A stretch of 64,000 nucleotides of DNA, taken from Gammaproteobacteria bacterium. GTDB lineage: Bacteria > Pseudomonadota > Gammaproteobacteria > RBG-16-57-12. Below the pieces are notes generated by a model, which made no database searches, had not been told where the DNA came from, and saw only the letters and a list, made by a program, of their open reading frames with translations. Positions 8,257-19,054 of the stretch are shown in pieces. Made by a program: the position numbers and the translations under genes. The DNA lies in assembly GCA_021647245.1 (NCBI GenBank), contig JAKIVC010000006.1, positions 16,520-80,519 on the forward strand, written 5' to 3'. Position 1 is the stretch's first letter. Each line of letters opens with the position of its first letter.

Positions 8257-9627
8257 ATGGCCAAGGCTAAAACAGTTTTTGCCTGTACCGAGTGCGGTGC
8301 CCAGGCAGGCAAGTGGGCGGGTCAATGTGCAGATTGTGGGGTCTGGAACTCGCTGGTTGAGCAGAAGTTTGAGTCGGCATCGCCGGCGAATGTTCACCCC
8401 CGTTTTGCAGGTTACAGTGGTGGAGTTCGTTCACAAATACAGATGCTCTCTGACGTGGAGCGCCGCACCGACCTGAAAACCCTCACGGGCATTAAGGAGC
8501 TGGATCGGGTATTAGGCGACGGCTTGGTCCATGGTGCGGTTGTGATGCTGGGCGGTGACCCTGGAATCGGTAAATCCACTCTGTTACTACAAGCGATAGC
8601 GGCGCTGAGCGACCGGTTGCCTTGTCTCTATATTACCGGCGAGGAGTCGCTCTATCAGGTGAGTGCGCGTGCTCAGCGGCTCAGCCTTCAACTGGATCGT
8701 CTTCAGCTGCTGGCAGAGACCTGTGTTGAACGTATCCTGGAAATTGCTCAACAAGCGCAGCCTAAAGTGATGGTCATTGACTCCATTCAAACGGTCTACA
8801 CCGAGGCGCTTCAATCAGCACCCGGCGGTGTCTCCCAGCTGCGTGAAAGTGCTGCGATGCTGGTACGTTATGCTAAGCAGAGTGATACGGCGATTTTTCT
8901 GGTGGGACATGTCACAAAAGAGGGTACCTTGGCAGGGCCAAGGGTGTTGGAGCACATGGTTGATACGGTGCTCTATTTCGAAGGTGATGCCAGTAGCTCA
9001 TTTCGCGCCATACGCGCCATCAAAAATCGTTTCGGCGCGGTGAACGAGCTGGGTATGTTTGCCATGACAGAGAAAGGGCTGCGCGCTGTCACCAACCCCT
9101 CAGCGATGTTTCTTTCACGGCACCCTGAGCCGGTTCCTGGCAGTGTGGTGATGGTTACCCGCGAGGGAACTCGGCCACTGCTGGTAGAGGTTCAGGCACT
9201 GGTGGATGAGAGCCACCTTGCCAACCCACGGCGTGTAACGATTGGCTTGGAACACAACCGTTTGGCCATGCTACTGGCGGTGCTGCATCGGCATGGCGGT
9301 ATACCCACCTTTGATCAGGATGTGTTTGTGAATGTGGTGGGTGGTGTTCGGGTCACCGAAACAGCGGCCGACCTGCCTGTGATCATGGCAGTGCTTTCCA
9401 GCTTGCGTAGCCGACCCCTCGATAATGGGACAATAGTCTTTGGTGAGGTGGGGCTGTCCGGAGAGGTGCGGCCAGTGCAGAGTGGCTTGGATCGCTTGAA
9501 AGAGGCGGCGAAGCACGGTTTCAAGCGTGCGATTATACCAAAAGAGAATGCCCCCAAAAGCGGTAAAATAGAGGGGCTGGAGATTATAGCCGTCAGTCGC
9601 TTGAGTGACGCATTAGGCTATTTGTAG
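8257..9627 (+). CDS. radA: DNA repair protein RadA/Sms
   Basis: N-terminal zinc finger CTECGAQ..CADCG, Walker A GDPGIGKST, KNRFG motif and a Lon-like C-terminal domain. Confidence 0.97.
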   Translation: MAKAKTVFACTECGAQAGKWAGQCADCGVWNSLVEQKFESASPANVHPRFAGYSGGVRSQIQMLSDVERRTDLKTLTGIKELDRVLGDGLVHGAVVMLGGDPGIGKSTLLLQAIAALSDRLPCLYITGEESLYQVSARAQRLSLQLDRLQLLAETCVERILEIAQQAQPKVMVIDSIQTVYTEALQSAPGGVSQLRESAAMLVRYAKQSDTAIFLVGHVTKEGTLAGPRVLEHMVDTVLYFEGDASSSFRAIRAIKNRFGAVNELGMFAMTEKGLRAVTNPSAMFLSRHPEPVPGSVVMVTREGTRPLLVEVQALVDESHLANPRRVTIGLEHNRLAMLLAVLHRHGGIPTFDQDVFVNVVGGVRVTETAADLPVIMAVLSSLRSRPLDNGTIVFGEVGLSGEVRPVQSGLDRLKEAAKHGFKRAIIPKENAPKSGKIEGLEIIAVSRLSDALGYL

Positions 9628-9637
9628 TTGCTGATTT

Positions 9638-10012
9638 CTATCGATCTTTGTTCTCAATCAGAGCGGCAAGTTCACGATCGAGAATACTCTCATCGCCTAG
9701 GTTCAATTCAATTAAGCGGCGCAGGTGGGTGATGCTATCTAGGCCTATGTGCAGGCAGTTGAAGCCGATATGTTTATCATCCAGGTGTGTCACCTCAGCT
9801 TCCATTCTGATCGAGACGGCATTCTCTCCTCCATCAAGATCAAGCTCAATCAAGAACTTATCCCCCAACGCGCCTTCCCAGTCGCTGGGTCGGTCAAGCA
9901 GTGCGCCCTTTAACGAGATGTCGATAAGCGGACTGCTCCAGCTGCCCATAACGTTGACAATATTGGCAGTTGCCTCAAATGGTATGCGTGTAAAGCGTCT
10001 CTTCTCTATCAT
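9638..10012 (-). CDS. Single-domain PilZ (c-di-GMP-binding) protein
   Basis: RRFTR (RxxxR) and DISLKG (D/NxSxxG) motifs at the expected spacing. Confidence 0.8.
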   Translation of the reverse strand: MIEKRRFTRIPFEATANIVNVMGSWSSPLIDISLKGALLDRPSDWEGALGDKFLIELDLDGGENAVSIRMEAEVTHLDDKHIGFNCLHIGLDSITHLRRLIELNLGDESILDRELAALIENKDR

Positions 10013-10077
10013 ATTTCCCCCGGTAGGCTCAGTATTAAACTACTGCATTAAAAGCCGATGATGCAATCTTTATCTTG

Positions 10078-11211
10078 TTACTTGGTGAGTAGATTCTTCA
10101 GCAGGCGTTGATATATTGAGCTAAGGAGGTCAAGGTCACTGCTGCGTACACACTCATTTACCTTGTGGATGGTTGCGTTGATGGGCCCCAGTTCTACCAC
10201 TTGTGAGCCTGTTGGCGCAATGAAACGACCATCTGAGGTTCCACCGGATGTGGAGAGCTCGGCACGGTAACCGGTTATAGACTCTATGGCATCACCCGTG
10301 GCCTCGACCAGCGCACCCGCTTTGGTTAGAAAGGCGAGTCCTGATAAATTCCACTCGACTTGGTAATTGAGCTGATGGCGGTCAAGGATCGACTCCACCT
10401 GTTGCTGGAGCTTTTGATGGGTGGTTTCAGTTGAGTATCGAAAGTTGAAAATCACCTCGCATTCACCAGGAATAACATTCGTTGCGCCCGTGCCACTGTT
10501 AATGTTGGATATTTGAAAAGAGGTGGCGGGGAAAAACTCATTCCCATTGTCCCACTCAATTGCGCAGAGTTCGGTTAGTGCAGGCATCGCTTTGTGTATC
10601 GGGTTTTCTGCCAGGTGTGGGTAGGCAACATGTCCTTGAATTCCCTTAATAACCAAGCGGCATCCCAGTGAGCCACGCCGCCCATTTTTGATGACATCAC
10701 CCAATTTTGTGGTGCTTGAAGGCTCACCAACCAGGCAGTAATCCATCTTTATGTTGTTTTTTTCAAGATAGTCGACAACTTTGACCGTGCCGTTGATGGA
10801 GGGGCCCTCTTCATCACTGGTGATCAAAAAGCCAAGGGTGCCGAGGTGATCAGGGTGCTGTGCTACAAATGTTTCACAGGCGGTTATCATCGCCGCAAGG
10901 CTCCCTTTCATATCGGCCGCACCACGCCCGTAGAGGTAGCCATCGCGCTCAGTCGCCTCAAAAGGGGGGGAGTCCCACTCATTTAAAGGGCCTGTTGGCA
11001 CAACGTCGGTATGCCCTGCAAATGCAAACAGAGGCTTAGATTCACCTCGATGCGCCCAAAAATTATCGACCTCGCCGAAGGGGAGCCGGGTAATCGTAAA
11101 GCCAATTGCTTCCAGTCGCTTGATCATTAAATCGTGACACCCCCCGTCAGAGGGCGTAATCGAAGGTCGGTTGATCAACTGTTTGGCGAGGGTTAAGGTT
11201 GCTGAACTCAT
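10078..11211 (-). CDS. dapE: Succinyl-diaminopimelate desuccinylase
   Basis: M20 peptidase motifs ([22 protein letters not shown]) and the typical DapE N-terminus LAKQLI.RPSITP.D.GC. Confidence 0.93.
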   Translation of the reverse strand: MSSATLTLAKQLINRPSITPSDGGCHDLMIKRLEAIGFTITRLPFGEVDNFWAHRGESKPLFAFAGHTDVVPTGPLNEWDSPPFEATERDGYLYGRGAADMKGSLAAMITACETFVAQHPDHLGTLGFLITSDEEGPSINGTVKVVDYLEKNNIKMDYCLVGEPSSTTKLGDVIKNGRRGSLGCRLVIKGIQGHVAYPHLAENPIHKAMPALTELCAIEWDNGNEFFPATSFQISNINSGTGATNVIPGECEVIFNFRYSTETTHQKLQQQVESILDRHQLNYQVEWNLSGLAFLTKAGALVEATGDAIESITGYRAELSTSGGTSDGRFIAPTGSQVVELGPINATIHKVNECVRSSDLDLLSSIYQRLLKNLLTK

Positions 11212-11417
11212 TGAATCTCAATTCTTTATTGTTGTCATACGGTTTTATCAATCATAGCAGAAAGAAGGTGAGCGCGTTACTCACTGCATTGTTCAATATG
11301 AAATGAGTCCAAAGGATGGGCTTAGCGTATTAATTGCAGTATAATGCGACAACTTTTTGGTGTGTATTTAAAGAACTAGCGTTGTCGGCACTATCGTTCG
11401 GCATCCGAGGATGGAAA

Positions 11418-11933
11418 ATGACAAAACAACCAAGTTACTCCTACGAAGATTTGATTCGTTGCGGACAAGGTGAAGTTTTTGGCCCTGGCAACGCACAACT
11501 GCCTGCGCCGCCAATGCTGATGCTGGATCGGATCACAACGATCTCTGAGGAGGGTGGGGAGCACGGAAAAGGACAGATTATTGCCGAGCTGGATATCAAT
11601 CCCGACATGTGGTTTTTTGAGTGTCACTTTAATAATGATCCAGTGATGCCGGGTTGCTTGGGGCTGGATGCAATGTGGCAGTTAGTTGGTTTTTACCTAG
11701 GTTGGATGGGCGGCGCGGGTCGTGGTCGCGCCTTGGGATCCGGTGAGGTTAAGTTTACAGGCCAAGTAACGCCTGAGTGCAAAAAAGTAACTTATCGCAT
11801 CGATATCAAACGGTTAATTATGCGCCGATTGGTGATGGGTATTGCTGACGCTCGCATGGAGGTGGATGGCCGTGAAATTTATACCGCCAAAGATTTACGA
11901 GTGGGTCTTTTTACCTCGACAGAAAACTTTTAG
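11418..11933 (+). CDS. fabA: 3-hydroxydecanoyl-ACP dehydratase/isomerase
   Basis: Full-length FabA-like sequence with active-site region [24 protein letters not shown]. Start reset to the ATG giving 171 aa. The upstream ORF extension is likely non-coding. Confidence 0.95.
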   Translation: MTKQPSYSYEDLIRCGQGEVFGPGNAQLPAPPMLMLDRITTISEEGGEHGKGQIIAELDINPDMWFFECHFNNDPVMPGCLGLDAMWQLVGFYLGWMGGAGRGRALGSGEVKFTGQVTPECKKVTYRIDIKRLIMRRLVMGIADARMEVDGREIYTAKDLRVGLFTSTENF

Positions 11934-11936
11934 GGG

Positions 11937-13157
11937 GTGCTCTTGAAACGCGTCGTTATTACCGGTTTGGGCATTGTTTCCAGTATTGGCAACAATAGAC
12001 AAGAAGTAGCGGACTCATTGCGACAAGGAAGGTCGGGTATCGAGTACGCCTCTGAATATGCGGAAAAGGGTTTTCGTTCTCATGTTTACGGCTCGATCAA
12101 TATCGATATTGAAGCGCTGATTGAGCGTAAAATTCGTCGATTTATGGGGGCGGCAGCGGCCTACAACTATATCGCAATGCAGCAAGCGGTTGAGATGTCG
12201 GGTCTGACAAAAGAGCAAATATCCAACCCGCGTACCGGTTTAATCGTAGGGTCTGGTGGTGCATCTCATGCCAACTCCGTTGCTGCGGCAGATATTCTGC
12301 GTGAGCGTGGTGTTCGCCGTGTTGGACCTTATATGGTGCCAAAAACCATGGGTTCAACCACGTCAGCAAATTTGGCAACCGCCTTCAAAATTAAAGGGAT
12401 TAACTATTCGATCAGTTCAGCTTGTTCGACCAGTGCTCACTGCATTGGCAACGCCTGCGAGCAGATTCAAATGGGTAAACAGGATGTTGTTTTTGCCGGT
12501 GGTGGTGAGGAGCTGAGCTGGGAGAGCTCGTTGATGTTTGATGCAATGGGTGCGCTCTCAAGCAAATATAACGAAACGCCTGATAAAGCCTCCCGAGCCT
12601 ACGATGCTCATCGTGATGGCTTTGTCATCTCCGGTGGCGGTGGCTTGGTGGTCTTAGAGTCATTGGAACATGCGGAGGCACGCGGTGCCAAAATCTATGC
12701 CGAAATCGTAGGTTATGGTGCCACATCTGATGGCTTTGATATGGTGCAGCCATCCGGAGAAGGTGCGGTGCGCTGTATGCAGCTGGCGATGTCGACGGTT
12801 GATGGCAAAATTGACTATATCAACGCCCACGGAACCAGCACCCCGGCGGGTGATGTGAAAGAGCTGGGAGCAATTCGTGATGTGTTTGGCGATGATATGC
12901 CAAAGATCAACTCCACTAAATCACTCACCGGGCACGCACTGGGTGCGGCGGGTGTTAATGAGGCGATCTATTCGATTATCATGATGGAAGAGGGCTTTGT
13001 TGCCGCATCCGCTAACATCGAAGAACTCGATGCAGCGGCACAAGGGATGCCGATTGTACGCAAGCTCGAAGAGCTGCACCTGGATAGGGTGATGAGTAAT
13101 AGCTTTGGCTTCGGTGGTACCAACGCAACACTGGTGATGCAGCGTTACAAAGGGTAG
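11937..13157 (+). CDS. fabB: Beta-ketoacyl-ACP synthase I
   Basis: [10 protein letters not shown]-terminus, active-site [21 protein letters not shown], and GFGGTNA at the end. Directly follows fabA. Confidence 0.93.
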   Translation: MLLKRVVITGLGIVSSIGNNRQEVADSLRQGRSGIEYASEYAEKGFRSHVYGSINIDIEALIERKIRRFMGAAAAYNYIAMQQAVEMSGLTKEQISNPRTGLIVGSGGASHANSVAAADILRERGVRRVGPYMVPKTMGSTTSANLATAFKIKGINYSISSACSTSAHCIGNACEQIQMGKQDVVFAGGGEELSWESSLMFDAMGALSSKYNETPDKASRAYDAHRDGFVISGGGGLVVLESLEHAEARGAKIYAEIVGYGATSDGFDMVQPSGEGAVRCMQLAMSTVDGKIDYINAHGTSTPAGDVKELGAIRDVFGDDMPKINSTKSLTGHALGAAGVNEAIYSIIMMEEGFVAASANIEELDAAAQGMPIVRKLEELHLDRVMSNSFGFGGTNATLVMQRYKG

Positions 13158-13256
13158 TTATCCTCTACACTAGAGGGGTGCTCTGCGGGGTGCCCTTTAC
13201 CCTTCTACACGCCGCACCTATTCCCATGAAAAACACCAGCTCCCTCCAACTCTCCG

Positions 13257-13919
13257 ATGAATGATTTCTGTTATACACCTCCTGTGGACGATGGTTTGGA
13301 TCTTATTTACCAGGATGACCAGCTGGTTGTTGTCAACAAACCGAGTGGGCTGCTCTCTGTGCCGGGACGGGGAGTGGATAAACAGGATTGTATGATTTAT
13401 CGTGTGCAGCGCTGCTTTGCCGATGCGTTGACCGTACATCGCCTGGATATGGCGACATCGGGTATTCTGATTTTAGCACGAGGTAAAGAGGCGCATCGGC
13501 TGCTCAGCCATGCTTTCCAGACACGGTGTGTTGAAAAACAGTACACCGCTCTTATTGCGGGCAGGCCGGATGCCGAGAGTGGTGAAATTAACTTACCACT
13601 TATTTGTGATTGGCCAAATCGTCCGCGACAGAAAGTAGATCATGAAGCGGGAAAACCCAGCTTAACCCGTTACCACTCCCTCTCTTATGATGAGACCTTA
13701 GAGGCGACACGTGTTGCCCTATCACCCGTTACAGGTCGATCCCACCAGTTGCGGGTGCATATGTTATCCCTAGGCCACCCTATTTTGGGGGACTCCCTTT
13801 ACGCGCCGCCTGATATTAAGATGAAAGTGCCGCGCCTCCAACTGCACGCCAACGAACTCGTTATTCAACACCCCACCTCGAGAGAACGACTACGGCTCAG
13901 TTCAGAGCCGCCGTTTTAA
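13257..13919 (+). CDS. RluA-family pseudouridine synthase
   Basis: Catalytic HRLDMATSGILILA motif and SHQLRVH near the C-terminus. Confidence 0.85.
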   Translation: MNDFCYTPPVDDGLDLIYQDDQLVVVNKPSGLLSVPGRGVDKQDCMIYRVQRCFADALTVHRLDMATSGILILARGKEAHRLLSHAFQTRCVEKQYTALIAGRPDAESGEINLPLICDWPNRPRQKVDHEAGKPSLTRYHSLSYDETLEATRVALSPVTGRSHQLRVHMLSLGHPILGDSLYAPPDIKMKVPRLQLHANELVIQHPTSRERLRLSSEPPF

Positions 13920-13951
13920 TGGGTCAAGATAATAAATTGTGATAATGTGAA

Positions 13952-15205
13952 ATGATGATAGTAAAGCGACGTAAAAACTCAACCATTCCAATCGTGCTAT
14001 TTTTTATAGCACTGCTTTTTAGTAGTGCGGTCTATAGCAAATCTGATGTGAATAGTGAAATCTCTTTTGCAGAGTGGCTGGCTGATCTGCGCGACGAGGC
14101 GCTTCGCGAGGGCATTTCAGCCGAAACGGTCCAGCATGCTTTAACCGACCTGAGTGTGGTGGAGAAGGTGGTGGCACTCGACCGCCGCCAGCCAGAATTC
14201 ACTCAGACCTTTTGGTCTTACCTGGATGCTCGTATAACCAACTGGCGTATCCAGCGCGGCAAAAGCATGTTGAAAAAACATGCCAAACTGCTTTCTGAAA
14301 TAGAGCAGCAGTACGGTGTTCCTGCACGCTATTTGGTTGCTTTTTGGGGTATGGAGACCAACTACGGCAACTATCTTGGCAACCACTCAACGATCGCTTC
14401 ACTGGCAACATTGGCATATGACCCTCGGCGTAGCACATTTTTCCGTAAACAGTTGATTGATGCGCTGCGTATTATTGATCAGGGGCATGTGAAAACTGAA
14501 AACATGGTGGGTTCATGGGCTGGAGCGGTGGGGCACCTACAATTTATGCCGAGCACTTTTTTGCAGTATGCCGCCGATGGCGATAATGATAACCGTATTG
14601 ACCTATGGGGGAATCTGCCCGATGTTTTCTCCTCAGGTGGTTTTTATCTAAAGAGTATCGGTTGGCGCTATGGCGAGCTTTGGGGGCGTGAAGTACGCCT
14701 GCCCCCAGATTTTAACTGGCAACTGGCCACCTTAAAAAACCGTCAAACGGTTGATTATTGGCGCTCACAAGGTGTTAGCAAAGCGGATGGCCGCCCACTG
14801 GCAAAAGATAAAACATTGGGGGCGATTATTCTACCCCAAGGCGCAGCGGGCCCGGCTTTTCTGGTTTATGATAATTTTGATGTCATTATGGATTGGAATC
14901 GATCGATTAAATATGCAATTGCGGTGGGGCACCTGGCTGATCGTCTAATCGACCTGCCCGAGTTGAAGGGTGGTCGAAATGCCGATAATCGCCCCTTAAG
15001 CTTTGATGCGGCAAAAGAGATGCAGCAGCGCCTCAATGAACTAGGCTTTGATGCAGGAACACCCGATGGCATCGCAGGTCGAAAAACCCGTGAAGCAGTG
15101 CGCAGTTATCAAGCATCTACAGGGCGGGTAGCCGATGGGTTTCCTTCGGTTTCGATCTTGGAAATGCTGCGTGAACAGCAAGGTACAGGTAACGCTAAAG
15201 AGTAG
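13952..15205 (+). CDS. Lytic murein transglycosylase (MltB/Slt35-type) with C-terminal peptidoglycan-binding domain
   Basis: Signal peptide, YGVPARYLVAFWGMETNYG catalytic-region motif, and a PG_binding_1-like tail (LGFDAGTPDGIAGRKTREAVRSYQ). Confidence 0.85.
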   Translation: MMIVKRRKNSTIPIVLFFIALLFSSAVYSKSDVNSEISFAEWLADLRDEALREGISAETVQHALTDLSVVEKVVALDRRQPEFTQTFWSYLDARITNWRIQRGKSMLKKHAKLLSEIEQQYGVPARYLVAFWGMETNYGNYLGNHSTIASLATLAYDPRRSTFFRKQLIDALRIIDQGHVKTENMVGSWAGAVGHLQFMPSTFLQYAADGDNDNRIDLWGNLPDVFSSGGFYLKSIGWRYGELWGREVRLPPDFNWQLATLKNRQTVDYWRSQGVSKADGRPLAKDKTLGAIILPQGAAGPAFLVYDNFDVIMDWNRSIKYAIAVGHLADRLIDLPELKGGRNADNRPLSFDAAKEMQQRLNELGFDAGTPDGIAGRKTREAVRSYQASTGRVADGFPSVSILEMLREQQGTGNAKE

Positions 15206-15283
15206 AGGCGTGCTTTTTTATAAAAAAACTAAAGGAACTTATTGCCCGGGACGTTAGGTGAACTGGGAGCGGTAAATATCTTC

Positions 15284-15310
15284 GAAAATGTTGAAAGATA
15301 TATCCGCTAA
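15284..15310 (+). promoter_or_regulatory. Weak sigma28 (FliA)-like promoter candidate for fliC
   Basis: GAAAATGT-N11-TCCGCTAA against the consensus TAAAGTTT-N11-GCCGATAA (5/8 and 6/8), about 58 nt upstream of the fliC ATG. Confidence 0.25.
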
Positions 15311-15368
15311 GCACAATCTAGATGAGGCGATACCCGTGGATATTGGGTAGGTCTTGGGAGATACTAAA

Positions 15369-16199
15369 ATGGCTCTATCAGTTCAAACCAATGTAATGTC
15401 ACTTTCCGCACAGCGCGCACTTGCTAATACCGATAGCATGTTGAGCACCTCCATGACACGCCTTTCGACTGGACTACGTGTGAATAGTGCCAAGGATGAT
15501 GCCGCAGGTCTTGCGATTGCTGAACGTATGAATGCCCAAGTAAAGGGTATGAATGTGGGTATTCGTAATGCATCGGATGGTATCTCCATGGCGCAAACCG
15601 CTGAGGGTGCGCTGGGTTCAATGGGTGATTTAATGCAGCGCATGCGTGAATTGTCTGTACAGTCTGCCAACGGCACTAATAGCGCAAGTGACCGCGCCAA
15701 TCTGGATGCGGAATTTCAGGCGCTTGCCTCTGAGGTGACGCGTGTAATTACCTCTACTGAATTCAATGGAAAGGCTATTTTGGGTGCGGATGCTGGTGCA
15801 TTTAACTTCCAGGTGGGGGCTAACAACCAGGCGGATAATCGGATTGTAGTCACCACCTCTAACTACACGTCTGCGGGAACGATTACTGCTGTAACGGGTG
15901 GTGATATTACGACTTCTGCAAATGCGGCGACTGCGATGGATAATCTTGATGCAGCAATTGATACCATTACCAGTACACGGGCCAATTTGGGTGCGGCACA
16001 AAGTCGAATGGAGTCTGCAATTAATGTGTTACGTATCAACTCTGAAAATCAGGAGGCTGCACGTGGCCGTATAATGGATGCCGATTTTGCATCTGAAACA
16101 GCTACTTTGACCAAAGGTCAGGTGTTACAGCAAGCGGGCATCGCGATGTTGTCACAGGCCAACCAGTCCTCACAAAGTGTGTTGAGCTTGTTACGGTAG
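15369..16199 (+). CDS. fliC: Flagellin (short form, 276 aa)
   Basis: Conserved N-terminal (MALSVQTNVMSLSAQR...LSTGLRVNSAKDDAAGLAIAERM) and C-terminal (QAGIAMLSQANQSSQSVLSLLR) flagellin domains. The central variable region is very short. Confidence 0.93.
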   Translation: MALSVQTNVMSLSAQRALANTDSMLSTSMTRLSTGLRVNSAKDDAAGLAIAERMNAQVKGMNVGIRNASDGISMAQTAEGALGSMGDLMQRMRELSVQSANGTNSASDRANLDAEFQALASEVTRVITSTEFNGKAILGADAGAFNFQVGANNQADNRIVVTTSNYTSAGTITAVTGGDITTSANAATAMDNLDAAIDTITSTRANLGAAQSRMESAINVLRINSENQEAARGRIMDADFASETATLTKGQVLQQAGIAMLSQANQSSQSVLSLLR

Positions 16200-16209
16200 C
16201 TGATAGGGT

Positions 16210-16245
16210 GATACCCCCAATGTTTTTGGGGGTATCGTTTAGTTT
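16210..16245 (+). terminator. Rho-independent terminator after fliC
   Basis: Perfect 11-bp stem GATACCCCCAA / TTGGGGGTATC with a 5-nt loop and a T-rich tail. Confidence 0.65.
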
Positions 16246-16263
16246 CGATGTGAAAAAAGGACA

Positions 16264-16668
16264 ATGAGCATGAATATACCTACGCAGTTGCCATTGGATC
16301 CATCAAAAATCACTACCACGCCTCAGCCGAATCAACGCGTTCAAAGCACCGAGCCTAATCAGGCAAGCAGACCTCAGGAAACACCGCCTTTATCACCACT
16401 CAGCGAGGTGAAAAAGGCTGATGATCGCGGTGATGTAAAAAAAGAGAGCGATGCACTCGATGATGTGGTTAAAAACTTAAATGATCATATCCAGCAGTAC
16501 CGTCGTGAATTACAGTTTCAGATTGATGATGAGAGTGGACGCACCGTTGTTAAGGTGATGAATGTTGAAAATGGTGAGGTGATTCGCCAGATGCCTTCGG
16601 AGCAGGTGTTGGCCATGTCACATCAGCTCTCTGAGATAACGGGAACAATGTTCCAGGAGAAAGCCTGA
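16264..16668 (+). CDS. flaG: Flagellar protein FlaG
   Basis: Position between fliC and fliD. The C-terminal region (LQFQIDDESGRTVVKVMNVENGEVIRQMPSE) is typical of FlaG. Confidence 0.8.
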   Translation: MSMNIPTQLPLDPSKITTTPQPNQRVQSTEPNQASRPQETPPLSPLSEVKKADDRGDVKKESDALDDVVKNLNDHIQQYRRELQFQIDDESGRTVVKVMNVENGEVIRQMPSEQVLAMSHQLSEITGTMFQEKA

Positions 16669-16712
16669 ATGCTCTGTAAGGTTCAGATTTTCTGTTTTGG
16701 AGGTGAGATGTC

Positions 16713-18092
16713 ATGATTAGTGCTCCAGGTATCGGCTCCGGCCTCGACGTGACGGCCATTGTTAATGCGATGATGGGCGTTGAGCGGGTTCCACTGCTGC
16801 GTCTTGAAGATCGAAAGCAGAGTTTTGAGGATCAAATTAGCGGCTACGGCACACTTCGCAGCGCGTTGGATGATTTCAAGGCGGCAATGGATGACCTCTC
16901 CAGTCTGGACAAGTTTGAAATTTATAAAGCAAGCTCCAGTGACGAGGGTGTCACTACTGCTACGACTGATAGCGATGCAACGGCAGGCAGCTATCAGCTG
17001 ACGGTCGATCGTTTGGCGCAACCGCATAAAATGGGTTCTGCGGGCATGGTGGCACCCACCACTACTTTTGGTGGTGCCGATCCGTTGGATGCGCTTAATA
17101 TAACCGCAGGCAGCAGTACCTTCTCCATTAATACCTATAATGGCGGTGCTGGGATGACCTTGGCAGAGATAAGCGATGCCATTAACGCAGATGCCGATAA
17201 CGACGCCGTCTCGGCAACTCTTATTACCGGCAACAACGGTGAGCAGCAACTGAGCCTCACCTCAAAAAATAGCGGTTATGATGAGCGTATTCAGGCCAGT
17301 TATGCGGGTTCTGGAAACACCTCAGCACTCGGCTTGGCCACATTAAATGATGATCCTGACCTTTCAGGTACGCCCTTGGCTGATTTGAGTAAGCTGGACG
17401 CGCTATTTTCAGTTGATGGAGTTGCCGGTATCACTCGAGCTTCGAACTCTATCAATGATGTTATTGGTGGTGTTACGCTGGAATTGACCGGTGTGGGCAG
17501 TAGCCGGGTTGATATTGCGAACGACAAAGATGAAGTAAAAAAATCAATTGAGGGGTTTGTCTCTGGCTACAATGACCTTTTGACTAAAGTTGACCAGTTG
17601 GGTGCTGTTGACACGGGGAAGCTGGCGGGTGACAGTTCACTGCGCAGAGTCGTTTCAGAATTTCGCGGTGAAATTAATACCGCTGTGGCCGGCGGCAACT
17701 TAACGATGCTCTCCGAGGTGGGGGTTACAACCAACAAAGATACCGGAAAGTTAGAGCTGGATGCTGCAGATTTTGATGCGGCTATTGCAAATAATTTTTC
17801 TGATGTGGCGCACCTGTTTGGCAATGCCACCGATGGCATTGCTATGCGGCTTGCCGATTCTGCAGATCTGATGCTTCAATCCAGTACCGGGCTTATCGAT
17901 ATCCGCTCAAATGGCTTGCAAGAGAGTGTTCGGCGACTGGATAATAACATTCTCCGCCTGGAAGCGCTGCTCGAGACTCGGGAGCAAAACTACTTCAATC
18001 AATTCAGCACGCTGGATGGATTGGTTGCAAAAATGAATTCAACAGGCGCTTATCTGACCGCTCAATTGGGTGCAATGTCGAATAACAATTAG
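16713..18092 (+). CDS. fliD: Flagellar filament cap protein FliD
   Basis: N-terminal ISAPGIGSGLDV...V..LM..ER.PL and a C-terminal FliD coiled-coil region. Synteny. Confidence 0.92.
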   Translation: MISAPGIGSGLDVTAIVNAMMGVERVPLLRLEDRKQSFEDQISGYGTLRSALDDFKAAMDDLSSLDKFEIYKASSSDEGVTTATTDSDATAGSYQLTVDRLAQPHKMGSAGMVAPTTTFGGADPLDALNITAGSSTFSINTYNGGAGMTLAEISDAINADADNDAVSATLITGNNGEQQLSLTSKNSGYDERIQASYAGSGNTSALGLATLNDDPDLSGTPLADLSKLDALFSVDGVAGITRASNSINDVIGGVTLELTGVGSSRVDIANDKDEVKKSIEGFVSGYNDLLTKVDQLGAVDTGKLAGDSSLRRVVSEFRGEINTAVAGGNLTMLSEVGVTTNKDTGKLELDAADFDAAIANNFSDVAHLFGNATDGIAMRLADSADLMLQSSTGLIDIRSNGLQESVRRLDNNILRLEALLETREQNYFNQFSTLDGLVAKMNSTGAYLTAQLGAMSNNN

Positions 18093-18295
18093 TGTTTTTT
18101 ACGGGTGATTCTGTTCGACTCTGTGATCTTCATGCGGAGAAAAATATTCTTTGAGGTAACGAATTTCGATAGGGTGCTATCCTGAAATGTGCATGTTTTT
18201 TCGGGGTAAATCAAAAGCTCATATGAGAGCTGCCTAGACTCACAGAGTGCATGGGCTCTCTTTCTTGGTTAAAAATAACTTACTGGGGAAGCTTA

Positions 18296-18724
18296 ATGTC
18301 ATTTCCAAATGCAAGAAAAGGCATCAATCAATACAGTCAGGTTGGTACCTCTTCAGGGGTCGAATCCGCATCTCCCCACCGCCTTATACAATTGCTGATG
18401 GAAGGTGCCCTGGATAAATTAGCGGCGGCAAAAGGGTTTGTCGAGCGTGGAGATATTGCTGAAAAAGGGCGGTTTATCTTCTGGGCAATCTCGATTATTG
18501 GCGGTTTACGGGGTAGTTTGGATATGGATAAAGGGGGTGATATTTCTCAGAACCTTTACTCTCTTTACGACTATATGGAAAGGCGACTGGTCGAGGCCAA
18601 TCGCAATGACGATATTGCGATGATTGATGAGGTGATTGACCTGTTACGGGAGGTCAAGGTGGGATGGGATGATATTCCCATGGCGCTAAGAGATGGCCCA
18701 GCGCAGGTGGCTCATAGTGAGTGA
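18296..18724 (+). CDS. fliS: Flagellin-specific chaperone FliS
   Basis: Y.QV......SPHRLIQLLMEGALDKL and L..LY.YM...L..AN are typical of FliS. Start reset to the internal ATG with an SD. Confidence 0.92.
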   Translation: MSFPNARKGINQYSQVGTSSGVESASPHRLIQLLMEGALDKLAAAKGFVERGDIAEKGRFIFWAISIIGGLRGSLDMDKGGDISQNLYSLYDYMERRLVEANRNDDIAMIDEVIDLLREVKVGWDDIPMALRDGPAQVAHSE

Positions 18725-19034
18725 AAAGTTACAGCGACTGCTCGATGCTGAAAAAGTGACTGAAAAAATGTATGCGTTGGTAGTTGAGAAAGAGTGGTCG
18801 GCAATGATGTTATTGCAAGACGAGCGCGATAAAAATTTAAAAGAGTACGACCTGTTGCCTGTTATCGATGCGGAGCGGCAGTTGATACAGGTTGCACTGC
18901 AGCGTATCGTAACGCTCGATGAAAAGTTGCGTGAATTAACCGAAAACTCTTTACAACACCTTTCCGAGAGGATTGGTGACTTTAATACCTACCGCCGAGC
19001 ACAAAAAGCCTATCTGCAAAATTCGAGTAGCTGA
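18714..19034 (+). CDS. FliT-like flagellar chaperone (small helical protein, GTG start overlapping the fliS end)
   Basis: Position directly after fliS, with small size and helical, charged composition. Sequence similarity is not verifiable by eye. Confidence 0.45.
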   Translation: MVSEKLQRLLDAEKVTEKMYALVVEKEWSAMMLLQDERDKNLKEYDLLPVIDAERQLIQVALQRIVTLDEKLRELTENSLQHLSERIGDFNTYRRAQKAYLQNSSS

Positions 19035-19054
19035 AACCCTTCTGTTTTTACTCT

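Noticed and set aside
11334-11417. N-terminal ORF extensions in the track: fabA from 11334, nnr from 42275, CheY-like gene to 19642, nth to 50293, helical protein from 60494, fliS from 18251, fliC from 15354.
   Set aside because: Homologue-length considerations, signal-peptide position and SD placement favour the internal starts given in the feature list.
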